Shown piece after piece: positions 12,319 to 23,876 of a stretch of 64,000 nt of DNA. Both the position numbers and the translations under genes were made by a program. Each line of letters opens with the position of its first letter. Within the stretch, counting starts at the first letter, position 1. This stretch comes from Marsupella aquatica. Its lineage: Eukaryota; Plantae; Marchantiophyta. The notes beneath the pieces are model-generated. The model made no database searches. It was given only the letters and a program-made list of their open reading frames with translations, and had not been told where the DNA came from. The stretch spans positions 10,290,287 through 10,354,286 of the forward strand of contig OZ316899.1 of assembly GCA_973895155.1 (NCBI GenBank), written 5' to 3'.

Positions 12319-13770
12319 CTACTTCCGGAAGTACGGGCTATTTTTTAATAGTTGACCTACGGTTGCCGAGACTCTAGATTCTAGCACATCTTTAGCCAGG
12401 TCATAGGGAACTATCGGCTTCTCTTCTGGCGGTGTCTTCATCTTGGCTTTGACCTGTTTTTCCACGCTGGTTTCAACATCCATTGGATCCTCCGAAGCAA
12501 ACAACGCTTTTGCTCGTTTCACATCCTTGGCTATGGCTTCGGTATTCTCCAGGGTTTCTAATTCTCGCAATTGTTCCTTAACACTAGCCATAATAGAGGG
12601 GTAGAACAACTTAGGGTGATCTCGATTGAAGTCGTTGTCCTGTGAAGGATTGGGCTCACGGGTGGGCTCATGGCTTACCTGTGTTGCCGGCGCCTTTCCT
12701 TCCCCTTCTGTTGATGTTAACAAAGAGTCGATTCTTTCTTCCTTATCCTTCCCTTTATTTTTGGCCAGCCCATCCCACCTTTCCTTCCTTCTGGTAGATC
12801 GAGTAGAGACCCGGTAGCAATCATGATCCAAATCCTCCTCTGAGAAGGTTGATAGGGCCTCGGCCTCATCATCAGATGGTCCAAACTCTGCCTTGGCATC
12901 CGTTTGCCATCCGAGTTTGATGTGGTTGATTTGAACTCCTCCGGGGGTAGTACCTGGTGGCAAGACCTTGACTGGCAAGAGCTTATGGTTTGCGGCCATG
13001 CCTGCCAACCACGTAGGACATTGTCCTAGCAAGTGGCCCTCCTGTCGGCATCCCATACATAGCTGAACTGGTTGTCCATCACCTTGTTTGCGTGCATTCG
13101 GGCATTCTCTAGCAAAATGACCAGGTTGACCACAATTATAGCATGCCGCAAATCTTTGCACATTCGGCCTAGGAGGTACTGATGGATTTTGAATAATCCG
13201 AGGATACATTTCTCCCGGATTGTTCCTTAATCCTGACCAGAGAGATGCAGGTTTGTTGGATAGGTCTCGTGCTCCAATCTCACTGATGCCAAAAACACTA
13301 TTAGCGGCATCCCCTAAAAAGTACTCTACTTCTCCCTGACATGGTCTGACCTCAGCCACATGCCAAACATGACTAGTATTAAGTTTAGGACACGCATCTT
13401 TATGGTGTCCGGTTTTATAACATAAGGCACACCATACAGAGCTATCCTCCTGTACTACCATCTTCTTTGGTTTTACCTCTGCCATTATAGCCTTAAGCTG
13501 CTCGGTAAGGGCTACGATGTTATCTGGTGTTTTAGCCTCTAGCTTAACTTTCATCTTTCCCCTCCTTCTGCCCTTCCTTTTCCTAGTTTTTTCTTCTTCA
13601 GAACTAGAAGATGACTCACTCTTGCTACCTCCACTATCCGAGCTTGAGTTATCACTTCTTGACTTCTTAGAATGTTTCTTTTTCTTATCGTTTTTCTTAT
13701 GGGTTGATCCTTCCTCCGATGAGGAACTCTCAGACTTCTCCTTACCGACCCTTCTTCTTCTCCTTCTCAC
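12319..13770 (-). pseudogene. gag: gag of element A (Ser/Lys tract plus three CCHC knuckles; capsid domain missing)
   Basis: CALCYKTGHHKDAC, CYNCGQPGHFAREC, CMGCRQEGHLLGQC. Confidence 0.88.
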
Positions 13771-13986
13771 TTCTCCTTACCGACCCTTCTTCTGGTATGT
13801 CTTCTTCGATGCCACTTTCAAAGCTACTAGCTCTTTCTGCCCCTCTCAGTCGCTGTGTATCATGCCACCCAGCAAGCTGCTACAAACGAGCTCTCTCCCA
13901 TTGATTCGCTCTTTCCTCTCTCGGCGTAGGTTCAGTCATTACCCACGCTTCCTTCCTAACTTCATATCTCACGGCTTAAGAAATGC

Positions 13987-14004
13987 CCCCTCCATCTAGC
14001 GCCA
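13987..14004 (-). promoter_or_regulatory. Primer binding site of element A
   Basis: TGGCGCTAGATGGAGGGG, 4 nt inside the 5' LTR end. Confidence 0.8.
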
Positions 14005-14008
14005 AAAA

Positions 14009-16221
14009 TGTGGTGCGTCCCATGGCTCCCCAAGCCCCCCAAAACCCCCTTGCTCAAGCCGATTCCCGCAAGTTTTGTCCTTGGCGAGGCCGTTTCCGCG
14101 GTTTAGCGGCATGGGACGCTGCTAACTCTCCTTCAACTACTATTAACATTTTACACACATATACTAGACAGATCCTTCATCGGGTCATGAGATACTTAGC
14201 CGACCTATTCTAGGCCCTCCCTTGTATTCCTCTCTTGGTCTTCCATTAGGTATGTTTGGATTCCGCCGCCGGAATGATCCCCAATTGGCTTGGTTAAGCC
14301 GCTAAGACCTCTCTCAGCTCAACACATCCAACTCTCACTCCCTTGCTACTTCCCTTCATTGATGTGGGCACTCTTCACACAAGTTAATGCGACGCACAAA
14401 TAGCAAAATGACGCCTTCTGACTGAGTTATACCATGCACTTGCCATACAAACAGTACATCTCATACACAAGCTCTGCGAACTAAGCCGTGAGGCCAACTC
14501 TATTCAGTTCTTAGGCATGAGGAAACATGAATATACACAAGGGTCATTGTATAACTAACCGAGAGCTTCTCTTACTACTTGATCCCAGCCCTGCTGGTGC
14601 AACTAAAACTTGCTAAAGAAGAGGCCCTGGACTCCCCGCTGCCCAGGTATTTATCCTGGCAGCGGATCTGTCTAGAACTTCATTGCATAAGCTTAATCTA
14701 TCCTACCTGTAATCTACCTAACTGTACAGCGAGGCAGGAGCACAAGTGTTGCTCCTACCAGTGGATCCGCCATCCCACTAATCTAAGTGTCAGGGCTGTC
14801 TCCTGGTCTTGATCCTAATCCTAAACTTGGAGATCTGAGCCCGCCCTGCCCACTCACGCCTCCTACCTCCACGTCCGCCCTTCCTTAAAGGAACGGCGCC
14901 CTTGCACCGTCACGACACCGGTGGCGGATCCTCAATGGACGCCCCCAACGCTTCCCCCGTAGCCACTGCCGTTGGTCCGTCCTCTGACAGATTACCTGCC
15001 CCGGACCGAGTCAACTCTTCATCGGCTTGACTGGGTCCACCCTCGGCTTCAGCCCCAGCATCGGTCACGGCCTTCGATACGGGAGTGAGATAGAAATCCT
15101 TCCCATACACCCTCGTGGAATTGGTCTCGGGTTCCCATGATCCCACGAATTCTAATAAGTCTGAGTCCGGCACCTCCGGCTTCAGCCATGGTAATCTTAC
15201 GAAGGCTTCCAAGCCGGATCCGGCCATGAAGCCCTGGTACTTCTTGGTCTGCATGGCCGTAAAGCATGCATCCTCCTCCCATGCAAAATGTAATTGCACT
15301 TCCTCTGGTAGGGTCGCCGCCCAGCCTTTCAAGGTGTCATCCTTTGTTGGAATGGCATTGATGGGATCGACCTCCTCCTCTTCGGCTTCTCCCTGCCTCC
15401 TGTTCTGCTGCTCTACTGGCTTCCTTGGTGCCGCCGACCTCGTTCTTTTTGCCGGGGTGGCCTCTTCGTTGTTGTTTCCTTTCCTCTTCATCTTGGCTGC
15501 CGTGGATATTTCTCCTAGCACAGTTGCCTTTGTCCACCCCTCCGTGCTACCCTTCAACTCCCAGTGCGCGTCGTTGCAGCGGTTGATGGCTTCCCAAATG
15601 CCAACGATTTTGTCTTCGCAAAACAGAAGGTCATCAAGCTGATTGGCAGTAGGAGTCCACAAGAACTTGGCCTTGATGAGTTCTCCTCCTAAGAAGGCAG
15701 ACTTCTGCAGCTCCCACAGTCGAGCGAGCTCTTGCCGTTCTCGAGCTGCTCTCTCCGATTCTTCGTCCTTGTAAGTCTTAATGTACTCAGTTGCCCGTTC
15801 GAACAGGCATCCCCAAAAATGTGCCGCTTGATTGACGTTGCTCATACCCTTCTTGACTCGATCGTTGGTATCTGCTCCCGCACCGAGTGCTTGCCTAAGC
15901 AGCTGACAGTAGTTGGCCTTCCGTAGTCGTCTGCCCAGTTTGTGCTTGCCAATGAGCCACCATTCCTTGCGAGCGGTCCTTACCCCTCTCCTCCTCTGGT
16001 CTTTCTTCCTGTTGGTTACCCCTAGCCGCCAATGCTTAGCGCGCCCTAACCCTAATCGTGTTCTCTCCCCCGGCGTCCTTACCTCCGGCCACGGCCCGGG
16101 TTCCATAGTCACCCTTAATTGTTTATATTTTCCTTGTTTTTGTTACTATACTAATGTGTTTATAGGGGACACCTCCGTTTCCCCACTTAACTGGCCTAGT
16201 AATTCCTGGCTAGGCATCACA
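14009..16221 (-). repeat. 5' LTR of element A (2213 bp, ~2.5 kb internal deletion)
   Basis: TGTGATGCC…CGCACCACA; carries an in-frame-deleted LTR ORF at 14910-16112. Confidence 0.93.
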
Positions 16222-16226
16222 AGCCA

Positions 16227-18774
16227 GCCGATGACACCTCAGTATGGTGCGCTCACTGTTATACCACCGGACATCACAAGGATGTCTGTCCAAAGCGTGG
16301 TACAAAGCATGTTTGATTGATAACCGAGGGAACGATAGGAGAGTTGGAGGTGGAGTACATACTTGGAGATGCCGCAGATAGGGTGTTCGGCATTAGTGAG
16401 GCCGGAGCCCGAGATTTGGCTAACCGACCCACTTCTTTGTGGGGAGCATTGAGAACCAATGCAGGGGAGATGTATCCCCGCATCATTCAAAATCCAACTA
16501 CCCCTCCACAACCAAATGTTCAGAGATTTGCAACATGCCACAACTGCGGTCAACCAGGTCACTTCTCCCGGGAGTGCACCAATGCAAGGAAGCAGGCGGA
16601 TGGTCAGCCAGTCAAGCTTTGTATGGGTTGCAAAGGAGAAGGGCATATATTGTCCCAATGCCCTATTTGGTTAGCCGGGATGGTTGCTGTACCTGTCAAA
16701 CCCGCACCAAAGGTATTGCCAGCAGGAACAATGCCAGGAGGAGCCCAGGTAAATCATATTGACTTAGGATGGCGTGAAGAAGCACGAGGGGAATTTGCAC
16801 CTTCTGACGATGAAGCAGACGCCCTGTCCACTTATACCGAAGAAGAGGCTGATGCCGATTGTTACCATGTGTCCACTAGATCCACCAGAAGGAAGCAAAG
16901 GTTGGAGGGAATTATCAAGAACCAGAAGCCGTGGAAGGAAGATGCGTTTGATTCCACGTCTTTGGGTTCTAACGGCAAGGCCCCTGTCAATGAGGACCCG
17001 CAAGTCGTACGTGGTGATCCCAGTCCTTCCCAGGATAGTGATTTTGATCGAACGCATCCCAGTTTATTTTTTCCGACAGTCACGGCTAGTGTGAAGGAGC
17101 AGCTGGTAGAGCTGGAAAAGGACGAGAATGAGGTTGCACTCCAGAAGGATATTAAGAGAGCTGGCAAGCAAATGAAGGAGGAAATTGTTTCCGCTTCAAT
17201 GAAAACAGTGGAGGACAGAAGTGTGTCACCACTGACTTCACCAAGCACACCTCTAGAACCAAAGGAACCAAAATCATTACCAACTCAAGAGAATCCTCTT
17301 AGAGCAATTAAATTACCCCAGGAGGATGACACAGGGAAACAACTGGTGACATACAACTTGGCAAAGGATGTGTTGGAATCACGCGTTACGGCTACTGTGG
17401 GTCAATTATTAAAGAATAGCCCGTATTTTCGGAAGCAGTTAAAAAAAGCCATTGCTGGGAAGCCGAGGCTTCCTAGAGTAGCCACTCGTACGGATGTCAT
17501 GATGATTCATGAGGATAGGGGAGCCCCTTGCTTACCAGTCATCATCAATAAAGAAAAGGTTATGCATGTACCAATCGATGGAGGGTCTGGGGTATGCATA
17601 CTCATTGATTCAACAGCGGCGGCTTGGGGATTCAAACCAAAATTGACAGGAAGGGTGCTGAATATGGCGAATGGCTATCAGATAGTTCCCACTAGCATCC
17701 TTAAAGGAATACGCACAGAGATTGGTGGTATCGCATTCAGCATCAATTACATTGTGATGGAGCCGGTGAACCCTACCTCATTTCGGGTGTTGATAGGATG
17801 ACCCTGGTTGTACCTTGCAAAAGTTGTGGAAAACTGGGGCACAAAATAGTTTACATTCGGAACTCCACCTATTACCATGTCATGGGAGGTAGAGGATGAA
17901 GCAGCCAGGTTAATTCGTGAAGCAGACGGTTATGATACTGGGTTAGAATCTGCTGATGATGTGCGTTGGCTGGAATGCTTATCAGGGGTATCAGAAGTGA
18001 GTGTGTTTGGACCTAACACACCTCCATGCGGACTTTGGATGGGAGACACAGATTCCATGCAGCCAATTGTTCCAGAAATTGAGGAAGAGCCCATTTCAAT
18101 TCCACTAATGTTAGCAAGGAAGAGTCGGATGGAACCTATCATAGAGGAAGGGGATTCAGAATTATAGGAAGTCCCGGCTGACAACTGCTTCGCAATTGAG
18201 GCAGCCTTTTTGGAATCAATTATCATGGATAAAGAAACCGAATCACAGGTTCAAGTGGAGGAACTTGTTCTATCATAGGATCCCAACGCCATGATAGTGG
18301 ATTTTCATCAAGCGCTGTGGCACAGTGGCCGGAGTTGGCAGCGCTGGTTGATGAAAAGGTCACTCCGCTTACAAAGACTCACTCGGCAGACCAGGCAACT
18401 ACGCAGACGAATCAGGAGGCGTTGCAGTCAATCCGAGAAGGGGTACCTGCTGTCACAATAAATAAAGTGAGTTTGGACTCAATTGTTCCAAGCAAACTAA
18501 GGTGTCGGCTGGCTACTAAAAACATGAGGTTGAAAATGATAAAGCTAAAAGGCAAGCCGAGGCCGATCGGATCTACTCCAGTGAAGATCAACACCATCAT
18601 TGAAGAAGTTACTTCTTCCCGAGGGGAGTCAACAGCGGAGGTGATGGAAGCAACCACGGAGCCCAAAATTCCAGTATATGGAGGAATGAGGTTGGACAGG
18701 TTGGAAGCAGACCTAGATTCAACTCTAAAGAAGCAAATCAACATGATTTAATCAAAGCAATATAGGAAGCTCAA
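16227..18774 (+). pseudogene. gag-pol: Element B gag C-terminal part (three CCHC knuckles), protease and linker
   Basis: CAHCYTTGHHKDVC, CHNCGQPGHFSREC, CMGCKGEGHILSQC, VPIDGGSGVCIL; several in-frame stops. Confidence 0.88.
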
Positions 18775-18782
18775 GTTGGGAG

Positions 18783-19094
18783 GGGGTATTTACAAACGAC
18801 AGGAAACAGCAAACAGTAACAGGAAACAGAAACTGGTAACAGGAAAATGAGTGGTAATTTTTTTGAAATTTTTTTTGAAATTTTTTAATTTTTTTTTGGA
18901 AATTTTTTTTTTGCTAGCGCCCAAAGCTAGCCAAAAAATGTTATAATTTAATTTTTTTTGGAAAATTTAACGTTTTAGAAAATATTTTGACATTGTTATT
19001 TTTCCTAGTAACAGTAAATTTTTGCTAGTAACAGGAAAATTTTTACTAGTACCAGTAAACCTGTTTCCTGTTTACTGTCACGCATGCCATATCC
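18783..19094 (+). mobile_element. 312-bp MITE-like insertion (Mutator- or hAT-like), 8-bp TSD GTTGGGAG
   Basis: TSD at 18775-18782 and 19095-19102; imperfect TIRs (GG-N13-GACAG.AAACAG.AAACAG at both ends); T-rich core. Removal restores pol (RKLKLG|EGREVNLGRDL). Confidence 0.8.
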
Positions 19095-19135
19095 GTTGGG
19101 AGAGGGTCGGGAGGTAAATCTGGGTAGGGATCTTG

Positions 19136-21062
19136 CACTAGTACATATTTAGCTGATTTCCGATGCTCAATTTTTGCAAACAATTGGTGTCCGATTCTTT
19201 TAGAATCGGAAATTCCCATTATCACAAAATGGCAATATGCCATACTCTCGGCTTCGGATATCTTCATTTCCGATGTAATTAACAACGGAACCTTTCCAAT
19301 GCGGTAAAAAACGGATCATATCCGTTACAAAATACATCGGATCCCCTAACAAAAAATTTGATTGATATGTCCGATGTTTTTTGTAATGGAAATGATGTAC
19401 GTTTCAATATTGATCGGAAAAGTTCCGTAGTTGATAAGAACGGATATTATATCCGATTGTGGTAAAATGGCAAAGTCCGATGCTGAGAGAATGGGAAAGT
19501 CCAATGCTAGTAGAATGGGAAAGTCCGATGCTAGGAGAATGGGAAAATTTTATTTTGGCAAAACAACAAATTCCTATTGTGTTAGATGGGGCATGTAGTT
19601 GCACCGACATACTCTTCCTAGAAAAGAGGATACAATCATTCTTGCATGTTTGAATGACTTCATACTTGAGGCAAATGGACTTAATTGAATGTTGTTCTTG
19701 CCTCCTTCCAAGACCCCAAAATATTGTTCCCTTTTGGCAATATTTGCTCAACATGCAAAATCAAAAATTTATCATCTAAAAGGAGATTGCTTGTCCCATG
19801 TAGTCTTTGTTGCAAGTCCAACAACAACATAGTTGATGAAAGATGAGACAATCGGGAGCTGCCCTTGACGCCAAGGCTTTGGAAGGACCAAAATATTAAT
19901 CTTCCATAACTAATAAACTATAATGATCTCATGTCAAGTCGGATGGAGGAGGGCTTTACTATTCATGAATGACCCCAAATTTCTATTGATTGCTCCAAGG
20001 GAATGTAAGAGGGTAATCATAATTATAGATCACTCGATGCAAACATGCAATATCATGAAAGAGCAAAACTGGGATTTATTAGTCTAATGCCACACTTTTG
20101 TGGCATAATCACTACATTGCCACTCTTTTTCTTGTATTTATCAGTCTGCCACTCGTTTGAGTCATCGGTTAAGAAAAGTAACTCAGGTTAACTACCTAAG
20201 ATCCGACGTTTGAGATTTCTTTTGGTCTTCCCATTGGACGGTTGTTGCTTCTCTCACGGTTAAATTTTGAACCCTCAGTATAGTTTGCGAAGGGGTGGGT
20301 CGGCTAATCCATTTCTCCTCCCCTCCATTTCTCTGTCACCATAGTCGAGGCGCACTGGCTGCGTCTTTGCTCCACCCTTGCCACTATCGTTGCGTCCTCA
20401 TTTCCCCGGCCCGGGCTGTGTTGTCATTGACCCTGGCTGCCTCTAGCTTGGCTGGGGTTGCATCGTTGCATGTTGCCTATCGGCCTCTCCCGACTCTGCC
20501 CAGCTTAGGTCCAAATTATGGGTCTTAATAAATTTAAAGTGTATAAAATCCCTAAACACTCCAAGTCAAACAATAAAAGTGTTAAGCTTGCATGTACATT
20601 GTGAGGGATAAGAACCACAAAGTTAAGCTCATGTTGGAGGAATAGCAATTGGGATGGGTGACCACTTAGTTGAGGAATGAAGAGTTGAAATGTCAAAGGA
20701 GATGGGCACCTCGCTCGTGGTTGCAAAATGAAAGCAAATATACAAAGGAAGAGATGGGTGACCTGAGCACCCCGCGTCCGCTCCAATGTGTATTGCATTT
20801 TCATTGTTTTGCTCTTTCCCATACTCCCAGGATCGGACTTTCCCATTCTCCCAACATCGGACTTTCCCATTCTCTTAGCATGGGACTTTCCCAGTCTCTT
20901 AGCATCGGACTTTCCGATATAAGTCCGATTGTCGATATCCGATACTTTTATCATGGCATGTTACGATGCCGACAGAATCGGATGTATGGTTTTTTCATAT
21001 TTTGTTCTACAAAGACGTCCGATGTGGTGAGAATCGGAAAAAGGAGGTAAAATGTACTAGTG
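19136..21062. mobile_element. Non-autonomous CACTA element, copy 1 (1927 bp)
   Basis: TIR CACTAGTACAT, TSD TTG, TCCGAT/ATCGGA subterminal motifs, 22-bp tandem repeats near both ends. Confidence 0.95.
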
Positions 21063-21065
21063 TTG

Positions 21066-22580
21066 CTCCCAAAATCAAAAAATAGATCAGTGAGTTACTT
21101 ATGGAATACCAAGATGTTTTTTCTTGGAGTCACCTGGATTTACAAGGAGTGGACCCAAAATTGGGGGAGCATCAGATTGACCTTATGTTGGGAGCCAAAT
21201 CATTTCGGCAACCAATGAGGAGGATGAACCCAAAGTACTCATTGTTGGTAAAGGCCGAGATCGACAAGTTGGTAGAAGCCGGCTTTATTACACCAGTTCT
21301 CCATTTGGACTGGGTGTCTCCTATTGTCATTGTACCCAAGAAGGCAGGACTGGATGGCAAGCCGAAGATAAGGGTGTGCCATGATTATAGAAAGTTAAAT
21401 GACGCCACTTTGAAGGATCATTTTCCGTTACCTTTTACTGATATGGTGCTAGACACTGTAGCTAGCCATGAGTTGTATTCTTTCATGGATGGCTACTCTG
21501 GATATAATCAAATCAGAATCAGGCAAGAGGACCAGATCAAAACCGCTTTTATTACGGAGTGGGGAATTTATGTGTTTAACCGGATGCCTTTCGGATTGTG
21601 TAATGCGCCAGCTATGTTCCAAAGGTTGATGGTTAACATATTTCACGACTACCTAAGGAAATTCCTGGAGATATTCTTCGATGATTTTGCTGTGTTTGGG
21701 AAGGCATCCAAACACGCCAAGTACTTACGAAGAACCTTTGAAAGATGTAGACAGGTGGGATTGAAGCTACATCCAGATAAATGTTTCTTTGGAGTAACCC
21801 AGGGTTCCTGCTTGGTCACAAGGTATCCAAGAAGGGTATCGAAATTGATAAGGGAAAATTAGCCGTGTGGCTCGATATCATGCAGCCCAAGAATATAAAA
21901 GATGTCAGATCTTTCTTGGGTGTATTGGTTACTATCGCAGGTTTATCAAGGATTTTGCCAAGCTAGCACTTCCGTTAACCAACATGCTCAAAACACGTTC
22001 AGATTTTGAAGCAACACCTGAACGGGTTACGGTTGTGATACAGTTGAAGCAAAAGTTGGTTGAAGCACCCATCATGATGGCACCTGATTGGAATAAGGAT
22101 TTTCACGTGTTTGTGGATGTTTCAGGGTTCTGCATTGGCTCCGTTCTAAGTCAGTTAGATGATAAGGGAAAGGACCACCCCATCTATTTTGCAAGCCGAC
22201 AATTAGCTGTAGCCGAGCAGAACTACACGACTATAGAGAGGGAGGCGTTAGGGGTCATTTACTCATGTAAAAAGTTTCGACATTACTTATTGGGGTACCG
22301 TGTGATCTTCCATACAGATCATGAAATTTTGAAGTACTTAGTGAATAAGCCGGATCTGATAGGACGAGTGGCCCGATGGATACTTTTGTTGCAGGAATTC
22401 GATTATGAATTAAGGATTAAACCTGGGAAGTTACACGCGAATGCTGATTTCTTCTCCAGAGTACCAGGTGACCCAGCAACAGATTGCATTGACGACCGTT
22501 TTTTGGATGAGGAATTATTTCAGATCAAGAATTCAAATACTTGGTACCCCGAGATATTGGGATTTTTGAGTACAGCATGA
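21066..22580 (+). pseudogene. pol: RT + RNase H of element B
   Basis: FMDGYSGYNQI, MPFGLCNAPA, FFDDF, FVDVSGFCIG, EREAL; frameshifts near 21800-21920. Confidence 0.95.
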
Positions 22581-23876
22581 CTGAATACGGCATGGACCAA
22601 AGAGCAGAAGGCTGTCTTGTTGCGAAAAGCAGCACGTTATCAGGTCATCAAAGGAGTGTTGCATAGGATGGGAGCATATGGTAATCTCTAGAGATGTTTG
22701 GAAAGGGATGATACCCGGAAGGTAATGGAAGCAATGCACGGCGAGGAGGCCGGAGGTCATTTTGCACCAGTAGTTACCACACGGGAGATATTGGATGTCG
22801 GTTACTAGTGGCCAACCTTACACAAGGATGTTCATCAATTCATTAAGGAGTGTGATCCTTGTCAAAGAGCGGGGGGACCAAGGGCTGCTAGTAGACATCC
22901 ATTGCATCCAGTTTTACCCCTTGCTGCATTTGAAAAGTGGGGGATCAATTACATTGGGCCTCTGAAGCCAAAAACTTATCCTCGGAGGAATAAGTACATC
23001 ATCCTGGCCACTGATTATGCCACCAGATGGGTAGAGGCTAGGCCGACGATGAAAAATGATGTTGTTAGAACTGCTCAATTTTTATACGAGCAAATTTTCA
23101 CCAGGTATGGGGCGCCTCTTGAGCTGGTCAGCGATCGGGGGACTCATTTCCTAAATGATATCGTCGGTCGGCTTAATGAGCAATACTTGGTTTGGCATCG
23201 GCCTACAACTCCTTATCATCCTAAGGCCAATGGGCTTACCGAACGTGCAAATGGAATCATTGGTAAAATACTGAACAAGACGGTATCTGATCACAAGGAT
23301 GACTAGGATGACAAGCTGTACGCTGCTGTTTTTGCTTATAACTTGGCCTACAAGACAACTACGGGACATACACCTTATTTCCTAACGTTTGGGCAGGAGG
23401 CTTTGGTACCAATGGAGTTGGAGGTTCCCACTTATCGAGATACTATATGACAACGTCTGTCGGAAGCCGAGAGTAGGAGAGCAAGGTTGTACCAACTGGA
23501 AGCATTGGAGGAAGCCAGATTAATAGCATCGGAAAGACTGAAGTATCGTCAGACACTGATGAAGCAGCGATATGATAAGAAGTTAAGGCCAATCTGTATT
23601 CAGACTGGAGATCTAGTGTTACTGTATGACAGCATGTATGTAAAATTTCCTGGGAAGCTTTACACTCACTGGTTAGGACCATACAAGGTGGAAATGATGT
23701 TCTCCAATGGGTCAGTCCAACTAGCCAATATCACGGGCGAGATTTATCCCGTAAGAGTACACTATGATAGGCTTAAAAAATACTATATGTATGAGTTTGA
23801 AGATGTTTGCGAGGACGCTTCACAATTAAGTGGGGAGCTATGTGATGCCTTGCCAGGATCACGAAGTAATAACTAA
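22581..23876 (+). pseudogene. pol: Integrase of element B
   Basis: HGEEAGGHF…CDPCQR; SDRGTHF; NGLTER; WLGPY. The frame runs through the PPT into the LTR. Confidence 0.92.
23811..23840 (+). promoter_or_regulatory. Polypurine tract region of B
   Basis: GAGGACGCTTCACAATTAAGTGGGGAGCTA|TGTGATG. Confidence 0.75.

Larger units (their letters stand above)
4840..16221 (-). mobile_element. Ty3/gypsy LTR retrotransposon A with both LTRs, inserted in the gag of B
   Basis: TG…CA termini; TSD AGCCA at 4835-4839 and 16222-16226. The host gag reads through (KKEP|ADDTSVWCAHC) when the element is removed. Confidence 0.95.

Noticed and set aside
7150-15095. LTR deletions as spliced-out introns
   Set aside because: The junctions lack GT-AG and show microhomology instead.
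19474-20915. Regular 22-bp repeats resembling a CRISPR array
   Set aside because: There are no unique spacers or cas genes; these are CACTA subterminal repeats.
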